Positions 41,405-50,264 of a stretch of 64,000 bases of DNA are shown here, piece after piece (the stretch's first letter is position 1; every line of letters begins with the position of its first letter). Both the position numbers and the translations under genes were made by a program. Under the pieces are notes generated by a model. The model saw nothing but the letters and a program-made list of their open reading frames with translations. It was not told the DNA's origin and did no database searches. The DNA is from an uncultured bacterium (GTDB lineage: Bacteria; Desulfobacterota_D; UBA1144; Nemesobacterales; UBA2774): positions 128,001-192,000 of the forward strand of contig CAVPJU010000001.1 of NCBI GenBank assembly GCA_963705505.1, read 5' to 3'.

Positions 41405-43621
41405 CTATACTGCCTTGGCTCTCTTTCTTTCCTCTGCGCCTGGTTCAACCCCCGCTCCCGGCAATACACGGGATTCGTCTTCGAAAATAGGCTTACCCTT
41501 CATATAGTTCGGTATATCCAGACCGAATAATTTGAGGACCGTAGGGGCCATATCGTTCAGGTGAGGGTTTTCCTTTATGATTTTACGGTTTGTGAAAATT
41601 ACGCCTGGAACTATTTTGGGGTCAACGCAGTGATCTCCGCTCCAGTGCTTCGTATTGTCCTCGAACACGTCCTCCGTCACGCGGCCCAGGGCGCATGTCC
41701 ACGAGCTTCTGTAACCGGCGTTGTAACCGACGAGCAGGTCGGGGGCATCGTGCTTGTATGGCCCTGACGAAGCTGAGTCCGTATCTATGACCTCACGTAT
41801 CGACACTTCGCCCGCAATTTCATCCCTGAGCCCGGTGAGCTTTCTTATAAGCTCGGCTTTCAAGCTCGTGACTTCATCCCCTTCCTCGACAAAACCCCTC
41901 ATCTCCCTTCCCTTTCTGTTTATAAATATACCCGCGAGTCCGAGGGAGAACGCTTTTGTCCTGTCCCAATCTACGTTTTCGAACCAGTCGCCGCTCGTCT
42001 TCTTGCCGTCCCTGAGAGCCATGTACCCGTTTTGAAAGAGCCAGCTGTTTAAGTTGACGCCCCGTTTGAACTGCGTGAACCCGTGGTCTGATATCACCAT
42101 CAATACTGTTTTATCATCGGTTTTTTCAAGCGCTTTCCCGATCAGTCCGTCCATTCTCACGTAGAGGTCCTCTATGACGTTTTTATACTTTTCCGTCTCC
42201 TTGCCTCTGTTTGCGGGGTGATTTTGGTCGAGGCAGCGGAAGAACATGTGCTGCACCCTGTCAGTCGTATCGAATACGCACGTGCAGAGTCCGTTAGGTG
42301 TTTTTTCAAGCGCGTTGAAAAACATTTTCTCCCTTTCCTCGTAAAGGAGGTAAGCCTGCTCCAGGAACGCCTCCTCGTCTATAACGCCTTCGTTAAGCGC
42401 CCACGTGTCTTCGGCGAGTCCGAGAGTGCCGAAGGAGCCCTGGAGTTTTGCGAGATAGACGGAATATATGAAGGGGTGGGATATGGGGAGGGCGGGCTCC
42501 TCTGGGTCGATGTTGATCGGCGTCACGTACATATCGAACCCGGGCTCTAGGCTGTTTATGTAGAAGCGGCAGATACCGCGGACTTTTATGCCCAGGCCCG
42601 CCGGGAATGCGAGCCTTATCCAGGGGGAGTACGTCCTCGGGGCGAGCTCGAAACGCTGGTTCGATATTTCGATGACGGCCTTCCCGGCGGATTTATCTAT
42701 TTTTATCCTGAGGGGGATCGTTATTTCTTCACCGTTTTTGACGAGGCTGTTTTCCGGGCCGTATAAAAGGGTGTTGACGACCCCGTTCTTTATTTCCACG
42801 AACCTGCTTACTCCGCCCGTTTCCACTTCGTTCTTATTCGGATCGGTCGTATAGTGGGCGAAAGTCCCTTGAGACCCCTTGAGGTCGGGCACGCACATGC
42901 CCGAGAGGAGAACCCCGTTAAACTTCTCAGGCGGGAACGTTATGGGTACCCGCAGGACCGAGCTCCATATCCCGTGCTCGCCGAGTATCTTCCAGAAGGG
43001 ACGGCTCTTTCTGAGGAGCTTCATCTTCGGCTTGCCGAGAGGGATCATGTACTTGCCTATGGGAAGCACCTTGGATGCTTTTCCGATCTCCGCTGAAGAA
43101 AGCATCGGCTGATATGTGCAGGGGTCCCTGGTTATGAAATCGAATATGTTATGGTAAGAAGGGTCGACCCCGGTCATGAAAGACGACCACGCGACGGGCG
43201 ATATGGACGGGTAGCTAGTCGCAAGAGAAGTGAAAGTCCCCTCTTCCTTTAATTTCGCAAAGTTGGGGAGCTTCCCCTCGTTCATGAACGCCCCGGCGAG
43301 CTTCGGGTCCATCCCGTCAAGCCCGATTATTATCACCCGTTTTACGCTGCTTTTTGTCCTAGAGCCTTTCCTTAATAAAGCCCTTACCAGATAGCGCAGG
43401 GGCCAGGAAAGGAGATAGAAGATTGCGAGGGCAAAGGATATTATTAAGAACATAAATGACGAGAGGAACGCGAAGCCCGCGCCGGGCCCTATGTATCCGT
43501 AGGCGCTGTCGGTGACACCCGAGTACACGGCAAGGGAAAAAACGAGTATCGCGATGAGTTTTTTAAAGATATTCCCCGGCATTTCGGTGGGTATTTTAAA
43601 GTACTTTTTGCGTGATGTCAT
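41405..43621 (-). CDS. Membrane-anchored nucleotide pyrophosphatase/phosphodiesterase family protein
   Basis: N-terminal AYGYIGPGAG plus TM; IGLDGMDP, PSISPVAWS, SDHGF, WSGDH; paralog of the adjacent gene. Confidence 0.85.
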   Translation of the reverse strand: MTSRKKYFKIPTEMPGNIFKKLIAILVFSLAVYSGVTDSAYGYIGPGAGFAFLSSFMFLIISFALAIFYLLSWPLRYLVRALLRKGSRTKSSVKRVIIIGLDGMDPKLAGAFMNEGKLPNFAKLKEEGTFTSLATSYPSISPVAWSSFMTGVDPSYHNIFDFITRDPCTYQPMLSSAEIGKASKVLPIGKYMIPLGKPKMKLLRKSRPFWKILGEHGIWSSVLRVPITFPPEKFNGVLLSGMCVPDLKGSQGTFAHYTTDPNKNEVETGGVSRFVEIKNGVVNTLLYGPENSLVKNGEEITIPLRIKIDKSAGKAVIEISNQRFELAPRTYSPWIRLAFPAGLGIKVRGICRFYINSLEPGFDMYVTPINIDPEEPALPISHPFIYSVYLAKLQGSFGTLGLAEDTWALNEGVIDEEAFLEQAYLLYEEREKMFFNALEKTPNGLCTCVFDTTDRVQHMFFRCLDQNHPANRGKETEKYKNVIEDLYVRMDGLIGKALEKTDDKTVLMVISDHGFTQFKRGVNLNSWLFQNGYMALRDGKKTSGDWFENVDWDRTKAFSLGLAGIFINRKGREMRGFVEEGDEVTSLKAELIRKLTGLRDEIAGEVSIREVIDTDSASSGPYKHDAPDLLVGYNAGYRSSWTCALGRVTEDVFEDNTKHWSGDHCVDPKIVPGVIFTNRKIIKENPHLNDMAPTVLKLFGLDIPNYMKGKPIFEDESRVLPGAGVEPGAEERKRAKAV

Positions 43622-43673
43622 TTGGGTCTGAAATAATTGTGGAACATCGATAGACCTTTTGTTAAACGGAGGC

Positions 43674-45734
43674 TCACTGAATGTAATTCAGGGCTTTGAG
43701 TTTCTCTTTTTTTTCTTCGTCGAGCTTGACCTTCTCTGTACCCGTAACACCCAGCTGCTCGATCAGCTTCTCTGATTCCTGATCATTATTTGTCAATATG
43801 TTCTTTGCCTGGTCCGTCCTCGATATATTTGAATTCAACGGCAGCGGATTCTGCTCTCCGGGATCGTCATTCAGATCGAAGAGCACGCCGTGACCGGTCA
43901 CGACATTTCGTATGTATTTATTCCCCTCAAAAATTACCCCTTCCCTGTTTTCGTAGTAGAGGAGTCCGGAGCTTATTAACGGCAGTTCGATAAAAGAATT
44001 GGGATTATCGTTCAGTAACGGGGCCAAGGATTCGGCTGTAAGAGTTTCGTTTTCGTTTTTTATACCGGTCAGTCCGATTACCGTAGCCATGAGGCTCTGA
44101 GTAGTGACCTTTTCCTCTACTATTTTCTTTGAATGCTCGCCGGGGAGTTTAATGATAAACGGGACATGGAGAAGCTCGTTGTAAAGAGTATGGCCGTGCT
44201 CGAACCCGTCATGGTCCCAGAACTCCTCCCCGTGGTCGCTAGTCAGGATAACGAGGGAGTTTTTATAGACACTGAGCTCCTTCATCTTATCCAGAAGCCT
44301 TCCTAATTCGTCGTCAACATAACGTACCTCGGCATTATAGAGCTCTCTGATCCATTTCCTCTGCGACGCGTTCGGGGCGAAATACCCTTCCCTGATGGGG
44401 GCCGCGGTCATGAGCTCGTATCCGATGTACTCGTCGGGCACGGCGTCTTTGGATATATATTGCCTGGGAGGGGCGTAAGGTATATGGGGGTCGTAGTAAT
44501 GTACCCACAGGAAGAAATCTTTATCCCGGTTCTTCTCCAGCCAGTCTATGGACAGGTCGGTCAGCTCTGTGGTCGAGGCGTAGTATATCAATTCCTTCGG
44601 GAATGCCGCGTTGATTAACGTCGCTCCGAAGGAGTTGATCAACGTTTGGCGTTTGGGGAAAAAATTATACTCGAGGAACCCCTGATCCATATTGAATTCG
44701 GGGTGGAGGAAGAAATTGTCTCCTATCGCCGCGGTGTAATAACCCGAGTCCCTGAGATATTCCGCGAGCGTTTTGAACTTATCGGGGAGTCTCGACTCCG
44801 CGGTGAATGTTTTGTGGACCGTAGGCGAGAGCCCGGTCATCATCGAAGCGAAAGAAGGCAGCGTCCACGGCGCAGCGGAGAACGCGTTTTTGAAGAGCGT
44901 CCCGTCCCCGGCAATCGAGTCTATGTTCGGGGTGGATATGTCCTTGCTGCCGTAGCTCGATAGAGCGTCTGCCCTCAGTGTGTCGATGCTGATTAATATC
45001 ACGCGTTTGATCTTGTGGTCCGACGAGCCTTTGAAATTATTAGCGGGCGGCTCATATTTGTCTTTCGTGCTTACAAACACTACCGGGCAGACTACGAGGG
45101 CTACGAACATTAATACACAGAGGGGGATTATCGTATTGAATTTGGATTTTACGAAAGCAAAGAATAGTCCGAGCGTCAGGAGGGCTATTGAGAAAAACCC
45201 CAGGGACAGATCGTAGTCCGTATACTCGCCGTGCTTATTGAGCCAGATGAGTATCATGATCTCTGTGAGGAGGAGTGGGACCAAAAGGCTCAGCATGGAG
45301 CCCGCGAGTCCGCCCTTCTGAGACCGGCTTATTCTTTTTGCCGCGTAATATGTTACAAAGAGGGCAAGGGTCGAAATAATGAGGAAGATTAAAAGCTCCT
45401 GGAAAAAACTCTGACCGGGCGTGTTGAAATCGTAATAGTTTATCGAGATCAGCAGTATCGTCACACCGATGAATACCCCTAATGATATTGCTGCTGCGAT
45501 CTCGTCCAATCCGAACCCCTTTACCAGCCTGGCTCCGATCAAGAACCATAAAGCTAAAAAAAGAATGAAGGAAAACCCCGCTGTTACGGCGAATGGGAGT
45601 AAGACCGATCTGAACAAAAGGAATCTGGCTTCCGATGTGACCGTCCCTATCGATACGTCGAGAACGCCCGCCGAGAGACAAATGGTCAGTCCGATTATTA
45701 TTATCTGCCTGATCGAATAGCTGGATTTCTGCAT
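43674..45734 (-). CDS. Multi-TM sulfatase-like hydrolase/transferase (Thr nucleophile)
   Basis: About 7 TM segments then LISIDTLRAD, APWTLPSFAS, HYYDPH, SDHGEE; C-terminal KLKALNYIQ. Confidence 0.85.
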   Translation of the reverse strand: MQKSSYSIRQIIIIGLTICLSAGVLDVSIGTVTSEARFLLFRSVLLPFAVTAGFSFILFLALWFLIGARLVKGFGLDEIAAAISLGVFIGVTILLISINYYDFNTPGQSFFQELLIFLIISTLALFVTYYAAKRISRSQKGGLAGSMLSLLVPLLLTEIMILIWLNKHGEYTDYDLSLGFFSIALLTLGLFFAFVKSKFNTIIPLCVLMFVALVVCPVVFVSTKDKYEPPANNFKGSSDHKIKRVILISIDTLRADALSSYGSKDISTPNIDSIAGDGTLFKNAFSAAPWTLPSFASMMTGLSPTVHKTFTAESRLPDKFKTLAEYLRDSGYYTAAIGDNFFLHPEFNMDQGFLEYNFFPKRQTLINSFGATLINAAFPKELIYYASTTELTDLSIDWLEKNRDKDFFLWVHYYDPHIPYAPPRQYISKDAVPDEYIGYELMTAAPIREGYFAPNASQRKWIRELYNAEVRYVDDELGRLLDKMKELSVYKNSLVILTSDHGEEFWDHDGFEHGHTLYNELLHVPFIIKLPGEHSKKIVEEKVTTQSLMATVIGLTGIKNENETLTAESLAPLLNDNPNSFIELPLISSGLLYYENREGVIFEGNKYIRNVVTGHGVLFDLNDDPGEQNPLPLNSNISRTDQAKNILTNNDQESEKLIEQLGVTGTEKVKLDEEKKEKLKALNYIQ

Positions 45735-45832
45735 GTTTTCTATATTATTCCCATCCGGTCATACCGGAGTCAATTTTAAACGAGCTAGAATTTGTCCGGG
45801 AGTTCACGAACGGTTAAATTCTAAATTCCTAT

Positions 45833-47263
45833 CTAATCCCATATCCTCTTTAATCTGCCGAATATACCCTCGTCCTTAAAGCTGGTCAGGCTCTTCCCAT
45901 TAGTTTCGCCTACTAATTTCATTCCGTAAAGGTCGAGCACAGTGGGAGCTATGTCATAAATACCGATGCCCTCCTTATAGCCCTGCTCCAGGTTCCCGGC
46001 TTTACATCCGTATTCATTCATGATGAATATTCCGTTCCAGTCGTGGTTAGCTTCATCCGAACCCGTATCGTTTTCGAACGTATGGATTCTGCCTGCGCCC
46101 ACGCTCCCGACGGAGCGCCAGCCGAGTCCCCCGAAATAGACGATAAGGTCGGGCGGGACTCCGTTCACTTCCCTGTAAATATCCTCCGGTCTGTATGCCC
46201 TCGTGCCGATGTCCTCGCCGTCGGGTCCCGGGATCGCCTCGATCTTGCGGATGAGCTCAGTGCGGATTTTTTCATAATCGCCCGGGTCTACTATACCCTC
46301 GGGCTCCCTTCCCCTGACGTTCATAAAGAGTCGCCCGTAATACCCGCCGTCCCCCCACGCGAGCGTTTTGCTCCAGTCTATCTCCACGTCGGCGATCCTG
46401 GTCTGCTCGGCAGGATATTTTTTAAGAGTCAGATACCCTTCCTTTATAAGCCATTCGTTAAAGCAGATACCGCCTTCCATCTTCCGCGCCCCGTGATCCG
46501 ATACCACGATCACGACCGTATCTTCGGGGACGAGCGATAACAGCTCTCCTACTTCACGGTCGCAGTACTTATAATATTCCTTTATAGAATTCTCGAACGG
46601 GTTCCCCGGCTCGAATTTCCTGTGCTCCGGGTCGATGAAGCTCCAGAACCCGTGATGGATGCGGTCAGTCCCCATCTCGACGAGCATGAAGAAGTCCCAG
46701 GGTTTGGTCTTTATGAGGTGCTTAGCGACCTTGAAATGCTTTTCGGTCTTTTCGTAAATTCTTCCGAGGAGCGCTTCCTTGTCGTCCGTTCGGAAATTCT
46801 CGACGTCGAGAACGTATCCGCCCGATACTTCCTCTATTTCATCTTTAAGGGGGGCGGGGTAGGTGTAGTTGCTCTCGGTCGAAGGGGCAAGGAACCCGCT
46901 CACCACGCAGCCGTTCACGGCCTTGGGCGGATAAGTCTGAGGGACGCCGAGGATAATTACCTTCCTGCCCGCGTTTGAGAGTATGTCCCACACCCTGTCG
47001 CATTTAACCGCCGTCGCGTTAGCAATTGTGTATCCGTCGTATGAGTAGTCCTTTCTATTTCTGAACCCGTAATACCCGAGCTGACCGGGGTCTTTCCCGC
47101 TCATCATTACAGCCCAGGCGGGGACTGTTATAGGGGGGTGGCACGATAAAAGAGGCCCGTAAGCCCCATTTTCCATGAGTTTTTTGAGGTTAGGAAGTTC
47201 GTCCTTCCACCCGAACACGAACCTCGGGTCGGCGCAGTCAAGCCCTATTATCAGAAGCTTCAT
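45833..47263 (-). CDS. Cytoplasmic nucleotide pyrophosphatase/phosphodiesterase family protein
   Basis: IIGLDCA, PPITVPAW, DRIHHGFW, SDHGA, DEANH; no signal peptide. Confidence 0.85.
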   Translation of the reverse strand: MKLLIIGLDCADPRFVFGWKDELPNLKKLMENGAYGPLLSCHPPITVPAWAVMMSGKDPGQLGYYGFRNRKDYSYDGYTIANATAVKCDRVWDILSNAGRKVIILGVPQTYPPKAVNGCVVSGFLAPSTESNYTYPAPLKDEIEEVSGGYVLDVENFRTDDKEALLGRIYEKTEKHFKVAKHLIKTKPWDFFMLVEMGTDRIHHGFWSFIDPEHRKFEPGNPFENSIKEYYKYCDREVGELLSLVPEDTVVIVVSDHGARKMEGGICFNEWLIKEGYLTLKKYPAEQTRIADVEIDWSKTLAWGDGGYYGRLFMNVRGREPEGIVDPGDYEKIRTELIRKIEAIPGPDGEDIGTRAYRPEDIYREVNGVPPDLIVYFGGLGWRSVGSVGAGRIHTFENDTGSDEANHDWNGIFIMNEYGCKAGNLEQGYKEGIGIYDIAPTVLDLYGMKLVGETNGKSLTSFKDEGIFGRLKRIWD

Positions 47264-49231
47264 TCACTGCTTCCTTCTTCTGAGGAAACTTAGCGCCGTT
47301 ACAAATGCCGGAATTAGCAGAATCAAACTGTTTGCAAACGCAGTCCCTCCGATATCGGCGCCGGCAGGACCGTAAATAGAGCATCCGCCTCCGCCGTCCG
47401 AGTTATTGTTTCCGGGGGGAGGAGTAGGCGTGGGTGTGGGTGCACTGCCGATTGCTTCCTCCACAGCGGCAAATGCGTTTATGCTCCCGAATCCCGATAT
47501 GTTATCGAACCCCGCTGGTGAGAGGTCCTCAGCCGTGCCGGTCAGTATATCCGTTACCTCCTGCACCTGCCTCGCGGCGACGAGGCCCGAGTCTTCGGCA
47601 TTAGAGGACGCTATGTCGGCTCCGAAACCGAGGGCCTGCAGCACGAGCGCTGCGACTCCCGCCGCGTGGGGAGCGGCGGCGGAAGTGCCGGCAAAGTTAA
47701 AGAATCCCGGAACGCTCGTGGATACCCTGTTCGGGGCAACGATGGTCGGCGTTTGCCTGTCCTCGAGAAGCGGTGCGGCTCTTTCGGACGGGACGCTTGA
47801 AACCGTCACCGTCGGGGAAAAGAAGATCGACGACGGACCTTCGGAGCTGAAAAAGTCCACAGCGCCATTGAATGTGGCTCCCACGGATATCACACCGGGG
47901 GCCGCCGGATGGCCGTAAATACTGTTTTCGGGGACGTTGAATTCTATTGGGCTTCCGTCGAGGTTAAAAAAGATTTCGAGCGTCTGAGCTTCTCCGCTGA
48001 ACTTGTTGACGACGATATCGTAGAAAAGGGTTTCTGTATCATCGGGGTTTTGCACGGCAGCGATTTCGATCGGATCGTCATCCCCATTTTGCACGTCGGT
48101 ACCGCTATCGATTATATCCGCCGTATCGGAATCGACGAGAAACAGGTCGTAATCATCAGACGCCTCTCCGAAGGGGTTTGACCACTGCAGTACGACTACG
48201 GAACTGCTGAGGGGAGGGACTTCGACGGTCATGCCGACGTCGCTCGCTTCGCCCGCCGCGAGGCCGAAGTCGTGGAGCTCGTTTTCAGTGTCTTCCGGGT
48301 CCGTGTCACGGAAGAGGGCCTGGTAATGCCTGTCGCTGTCATTGCCCGCCGCTGAAACGAATATTATTCCGTCCTCTACCGCCTGTGCCGCCGCCTGTGC
48401 GACGGAGCCGTCCTGGAAGAAAGGCTCGTCGAGAAACCCTATGTCGTCGATTATCACGTCGACGCCGTTATTTCTGAAGAAATCTATTGCGTCTATGAAG
48501 TTCAAGGTAGTAGTTCCGTTGTGAAACGCAAGGTCCGCCCCCGGAGCTATGTCGTGCACGATTTCGAGTATGGCAGTCCCCTCGTCGCCGCTCCCAGGGT
48601 CACCCACCTGTACGGAATCCGGGAGGTCTCCCGTCATTTGGGATGCAGCCATGCTGTCGACTCCGTCTGATATCACGCCTACCTTTATTCCCGAGCCGTC
48701 CACACCGAATGTGTCCCTCGCCTCATCCGAGCCCATTATCCCGTCCCCTTCGGTCGTTACGGAGCCTTCTCTCGTGTGCCCGTAGCTCGGAGGGGTGATT
48801 TTGGAAACGAAACCCAGCTCCGTTGCCTTTTCTATGCTGTCATAGGGGAGCCAGCCCTGAACGATTTTCAGGTTTTCATTAATGACCTCAGAGATTAAAC
48901 CCAGCCCGTTTAATCTCTTGAGATTCTCATCGCTGAATTCGCTCAGGTGAACGTAAACTTCTATATTCCCGGCATTGTCCACCTTTACGAGCGGGGTCGA
49001 TAAATCTTCCGCGCTCAGGCTTTGGATATTGTTTCTCGATACACCCATGTCGGCCATTTTATTAAGGACTTTGGTCAGCCTCGGGCTTATTTTGGAATTG
49101 AGGCTCAGGTTCTTTTTCTGGTCTCTGAAGCCTCTACCGTCGAGATCCTGAAGGGCCGATGTGTCGGGGGCGAGTTCGGGAATCAGGGAGGTCGTGCATA
49201 GAATTACAAGTGTGAAGAGGGCTTTTTTCAT
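47264..49231 (-). CDS. Secreted S8/S53-like serine peptidase with Cys/Gly-rich C-terminal sorting signal
   Basis: VGVISDG, DEGTA, SAAGND, FAGTSAAAPHAAG; tail PTPTPTPPP-GGGGC-TM-RRRKQ. Confidence 0.88.
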   Translation of the reverse strand: MKKALFTLVILCTTSLIPELAPDTSALQDLDGRGFRDQKKNLSLNSKISPRLTKVLNKMADMGVSRNNIQSLSAEDLSTPLVKVDNAGNIEVYVHLSEFSDENLKRLNGLGLISEVINENLKIVQGWLPYDSIEKATELGFVSKITPPSYGHTREGSVTTEGDGIMGSDEARDTFGVDGSGIKVGVISDGVDSMAASQMTGDLPDSVQVGDPGSGDEGTAILEIVHDIAPGADLAFHNGTTTLNFIDAIDFFRNNGVDVIIDDIGFLDEPFFQDGSVAQAAAQAVEDGIIFVSAAGNDSDRHYQALFRDTDPEDTENELHDFGLAAGEASDVGMTVEVPPLSSSVVVLQWSNPFGEASDDYDLFLVDSDTADIIDSGTDVQNGDDDPIEIAAVQNPDDTETLFYDIVVNKFSGEAQTLEIFFNLDGSPIEFNVPENSIYGHPAAPGVISVGATFNGAVDFFSSEGPSSIFFSPTVTVSSVPSERAAPLLEDRQTPTIVAPNRVSTSVPGFFNFAGTSAAAPHAAGVAALVLQALGFGADIASSNAEDSGLVAARQVQEVTDILTGTAEDLSPAGFDNISGFGSINAFAAVEEAIGSAPTPTPTPPPGNNNSDGGGGCSIYGPAGADIGGTAFANSLILLIPAFVTALSFLRRRKQ

Positions 49232-49403
49232 TCGGCTTGTTCTCCCGCGTCATTTTTTAATTTTAATATTATAACCAATCAAATACCGTCTATATGGATA
49301 AATTTGTGAGGGCCGGATTTATAAATTATTCCTGATTTTAATGGCTTACCAACACTTTTTATTAGTATGCATTAAAAAGTGCCTTTCAATGAGTAAATGC
49401 GTG

Positions 49404-50051
49404 TCATCCTGGATTTCCGAACCTGCTAAAGCCTTTAATCAACCCCTCCGGATCGTTAGATATATCTGTATTTATTATCGGGGCGGCGGCGTACGCTCCT
49501 TCTCCGACGTATTCTGCCGCTTCTTCGGGCGTCATATAGTCTGTCGGTATGAATTTCACACCCGGATATAAATATTTGAGTCTTTTCAGCCAGGTTACAC
49601 CTCCCACTGCGGAGCATGGGAATAGGCTTACAGCGTCCGCCCTTAATTCATAGGCGTTATTGACCTCTGTCGGAGTGAGCGCGCCGGGGGCATGAAATAA
49701 ATGTTCCCTCCTGCACTTTCTTAAAATCCCTTTGTCCATATGCGGGGAGAAGATGAATCGAGCGCCCGAGCCGACCGCAGCCCTCGCCTCTTTTAACGTC
49801 GAGACGGAAAACACACCGTAGCACCTCCCGCTTTTTCTCTTTAATGATTTCAATTTTTCTTTTACTCCCGGAATCCTGAAATCGAGTCCTGTGAGACAGC
49901 CGCTCTTCCCGCTTATGAACTCGGCAACCTCGAACACCCGTTCGTGCGAACTCCCTGTCAGGAGTATTACGACCTTTTCCTTTTCTATTTTTTCCCGCGT
50001 CTCTGTTAAGGATTTGATTGAAGACTGTTCCGGCGTTTCTCTGGCTTGCAT
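49404..50051 (-). CDS. KDPG/KHG aldolase homologue lacking catalytic residues
   Basis: GARFIFSP, PGALTPTEV, GG..WLK.L, FIPT; starts at MQARE because the longer ORF overlaps tRNA-Ser. Confidence 0.75.
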   Translation of the reverse strand: MQARETPEQSSIKSLTETREKIEKEKVVILLTGSSHERVFEVAEFISGKSGCLTGLDFRIPGVKEKLKSLKRKSGRCYGVFSVSTLKEARAAVGSGARFIFSPHMDKGILRKCRREHLFHAPGALTPTEVNNAYELRADAVSLFPCSAVGGVTWLKRLKYLYPGVKFIPTDYMTPEEAAEYVGEGAYAAAPIINTDISNDPEGLIKGFSRFGNPG

Positions 50052-50075
50052 CTGCTCTTCTGTATGATTGAATTT

Positions 50076-50162
50076 CGGAGGGGGTGGGATTCGAACCCAC
50101 GAGAGCCTTGCGACTCTACTGATTTTCGAGACCAGCGCCTTCGTCCGCTCGGCCACCCCTCC
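50076..50162 (-). tRNA. tRNA-Ser(CGA), CCA not encoded
   Basis: GGAGGGGTGGCCGAGCGGACGAAGGCGCTGGTCTCGAAAATCAG, long variable arm, GGTTCGAATCCCACCCCCTCCG. Confidence 0.95.
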
Positions 50163-50264
50163 ATGTAAATCAATGAGATAACCTACCAAAACTGTTTTGT
50201 TAAGGCAATATGACGGGTATTTTCACGTCTGTGAAACTTGCTTAAATAATGTAGACTTTTCCCC

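Noticed and set aside
41323..41469. Long N-terminus of the 716-aa ORF
   Set aside because: Overlaps the upstream gene; the lipoprotein signal begins downstream.
50052..50189. N-terminal extension of the aldolase-like ORF
   Set aside because: It is the tRNA-Ser gene translated by chance.
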